64,000 nucleotides of DNA. Source: Rhina ancylostomus. Lineage: Eukaryota. A program made the position numbers and the translations under genes. Where the stretch lies: contig JARFYF010000084.1 of the NCBI GenBank assembly GCA_030265395.1, positions 104,711,140 through 104,775,139 on the forward strand, written 5' to 3'. Numbering within the stretch: the stretch's first letter is position 1; every line of letters starts with the position of its first letter. Shown one piece after another: positions 61,656-64,000 of this stretch. The notes beneath the pieces are model-generated. The model ran no database searches. It was not told the DNA's origin and saw nothing but the letters and a program-made list of their open reading frames with translations.

Positions 61656-64000
61656 TTGCTCCACACTCTGTAGTAATATGATTTGTTATGTATTAGTACA
61701 CAATGTGGTTTAGCTATTAGTAGTCATCGAGGTGGTTTGTTTCAGGATGGCCGAGCGCCAAAGCGACAGCAGCAAATATAACCAGCTGATCAGTGTCTGG
61801 CCAATAGAAAACGACTTTAGTTCAAAAAACTCCCTGGAGATCCGACGACTGAGCTAGCAAAGTTACAAACAACCAAATCAGTTCTGAACTATAACAGAGG
61901 TGGTTCTAATAGAATATTAGTGGCCCAATGAGAACCCTACTATGTTACAGGATATAGTTATGCATGCATATTTCATATAGTCTTAACACATGGAAATATG
62001 ACTCTGCATTACGTATTCAACAATAGCTAGATCAACAGTGATTAGAAGACGGATGATAGAAAATAAGAAATAGAGTAACAAATTATTATTTCAGTAGATG
62101 CGTTTTATATGTAGATGCACATGGTTGTTTACATAGGTAAATAACGGCTGTAAGGATAGATTAATTCATTTCATTCAGCTCTCCATATGGATGTTTCTTT
62201 TTACAGGCACAATATCCCTGTTTGTTAGCTTGGGTAGACTAGTTGAGAAACATCAAAATCAGACTCAGGAATAATGTTTCTCTGACCATTTTAAATACGG
62301 TAAAGAACAGCGTCTACAAGTACTGAAATGGTAAACACCAATAGTCTCTGCTTTCTGCTTTCAGTAAATTCATCCTGGTAAAAAAGAATAGAAAGAACAT
62401 AGCAATAAAAGTATGTATTCAGGGTGATGATTTATAGATTTAATTTTGATATTCTTGTAAAGAAAATCCCAACAGAAGAGCACAACGCCATATCTCAGCT
62501 TTGAAAGATTTCACAGTAATTGTGTGTGGGAGTGATTGTTATTGCATCAGCGCTCTTCATTAAGGCGTGCTTGCATCTACATGTGCATTTGGTATATAAA
62601 CACTACAGTACTTCTAGAGAAAAGTAGTTAACAAAATGTCCACGGAGGTTGTTCAAACGACCAACCGACCTGCAAACATACAGAAGCTCAGTTTTGTACT
62701 TGATATGTCTGCATATGGGCTCCCTTCCACCAGAATGTTATTTTAATTGCACGCGATTGAAATTTGTTTATACTCCCCAAATCCCAACTTCGATTTTCCA
62801 TAATTGCACGCTGTTAAGGTTTTATCGACCATAAAATAGTGGAGTGTTTCTTTTGCAATAATTAGGCATTTTTGAACACCTCGATGGAGTCATTTGTGTT
62901 TTGGAATAAGAGAGCACTTACTGCGCCCTGAGCGCGGCATCAGATCGCAGTGAAAGGACGGAAGCCAAGGGCTCCTTACTAAAGATCTCATTATCTCGTT
63001 AGATTTCTTTTCTTGTCAACAATAGTAACATAGAGATTGAAATATCTAGGCTGGTGTAAACAATGCATATATACAACGTGTGTCTTCATATATTTTAATA
63101 GGGGAAATTTAAGTGTTGTGGTAAATATAGTTACAGATCCTGTAACCGAACTCGAAACAAAGCAACTATAGGACAATGATTGCAAATTACCGCCAGTGAT
63201 AAACGCGGTTGTTTAGTAGTCGGACAATTTCACATCTTCGAGTGCTATAAATGTATTTTTGGGAAGGATGATATTTCATTTATTGCAAGTTGTTAAATAC
63301 CTCGATAGGTTAATTTTCAGTACTGAATCCTTATATCTCTCTTTCTTCCCTAAATATAGACTGGCTTAAAAAAACAGAATGCCTGTCGTAATCAAAATCT
63401 GTAGCTGTTGGAGGTGTGAGTATAAATGCAACACGAGTATGGAGGGAAATGTGCAAGACCTCGCTAGTTCGAATCCTCTTAGTGAAAGGCCGACGCTTGC
63501 CGCTTTCCTCAGTTACTGTTCTGTAGTATGCAACCTTGTGATGCAATTCTTCATGTGTGCCTTCTCTTGCATTTGTACATAAGATTTTAATAAATTTGAA
63601 ATTATCTCATTCTCGCCTGATCTGTTCTGTTTATGATTTGTTTTAGATAATATTTTTAGCTTTCGTTTATTCGTGCCTCAAGCATGAGTGCAGAATCTTC
63701 AGGACCCCCCTCCCTCCCCTCCCCTCCCACCACTATCACTGCAACTCTTATAAAGGGAAATTTTCACAAGTTAGTGAAGATAAAATATGATATTTTAAGA
63801 TGGACAATGTGTAACCTATACCTATTATTTTCCTGTTAGGTGATATATTTAATAACCACTTCACAATTGCTGCTGGACCATGTCTTAGGAAAACTGGATA
63901 AAACAAGGCAATATAATGAGAGTATGAACACAGACGGGGTAAATCTTAACCGAAGAACTCAGAAAACGTATTAAACAGTAACAATTTCTGTTTGTCTTTT

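Overview
Eukaryotic vertebrate DNA: the anterior (3') half of a HoxA cluster. Six intact two-exon homeobox genes lie on the minus strand in colinear order: HoxA1 (325 aa), HoxA2 (363 aa), HoxA3 (408 aa), HoxA4 (247 aa), HoxA5 (275 aa) and HoxA6 (229 aa). All have GT-AG phase-1 introns between hexapeptide and homeodomain. Protein sequences and repeat types (HE1/V-SINE-like SINE, CR1-like LINE ends) suggest a cartilaginous fish, probably a ray or shark (inference). Recognisable cis-elements include three DR5 retinoic-acid response elements, the HoxA2 intronic r4 module, the HoxA3 r5/r6 module, the Hox4 intronic HB1 element, the conserved HoxA5 promoter and a candidate A5|A6 CTCF site. The most notable observations are: short uORFs in front of all six genes, including a HoxA4 uORF ending in a TAATG stop-start overlap; a HOTAIRM1-like divergent first exon; extra DR1/DR2 nuclear-receptor elements; miR-10, miR-99/100 and miR-196 seed sites; and retroelements inside the cluster. 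The draft assembly has 14 N-gaps. Comparisons to mammalian elements are from memory and need alignment to confirm.
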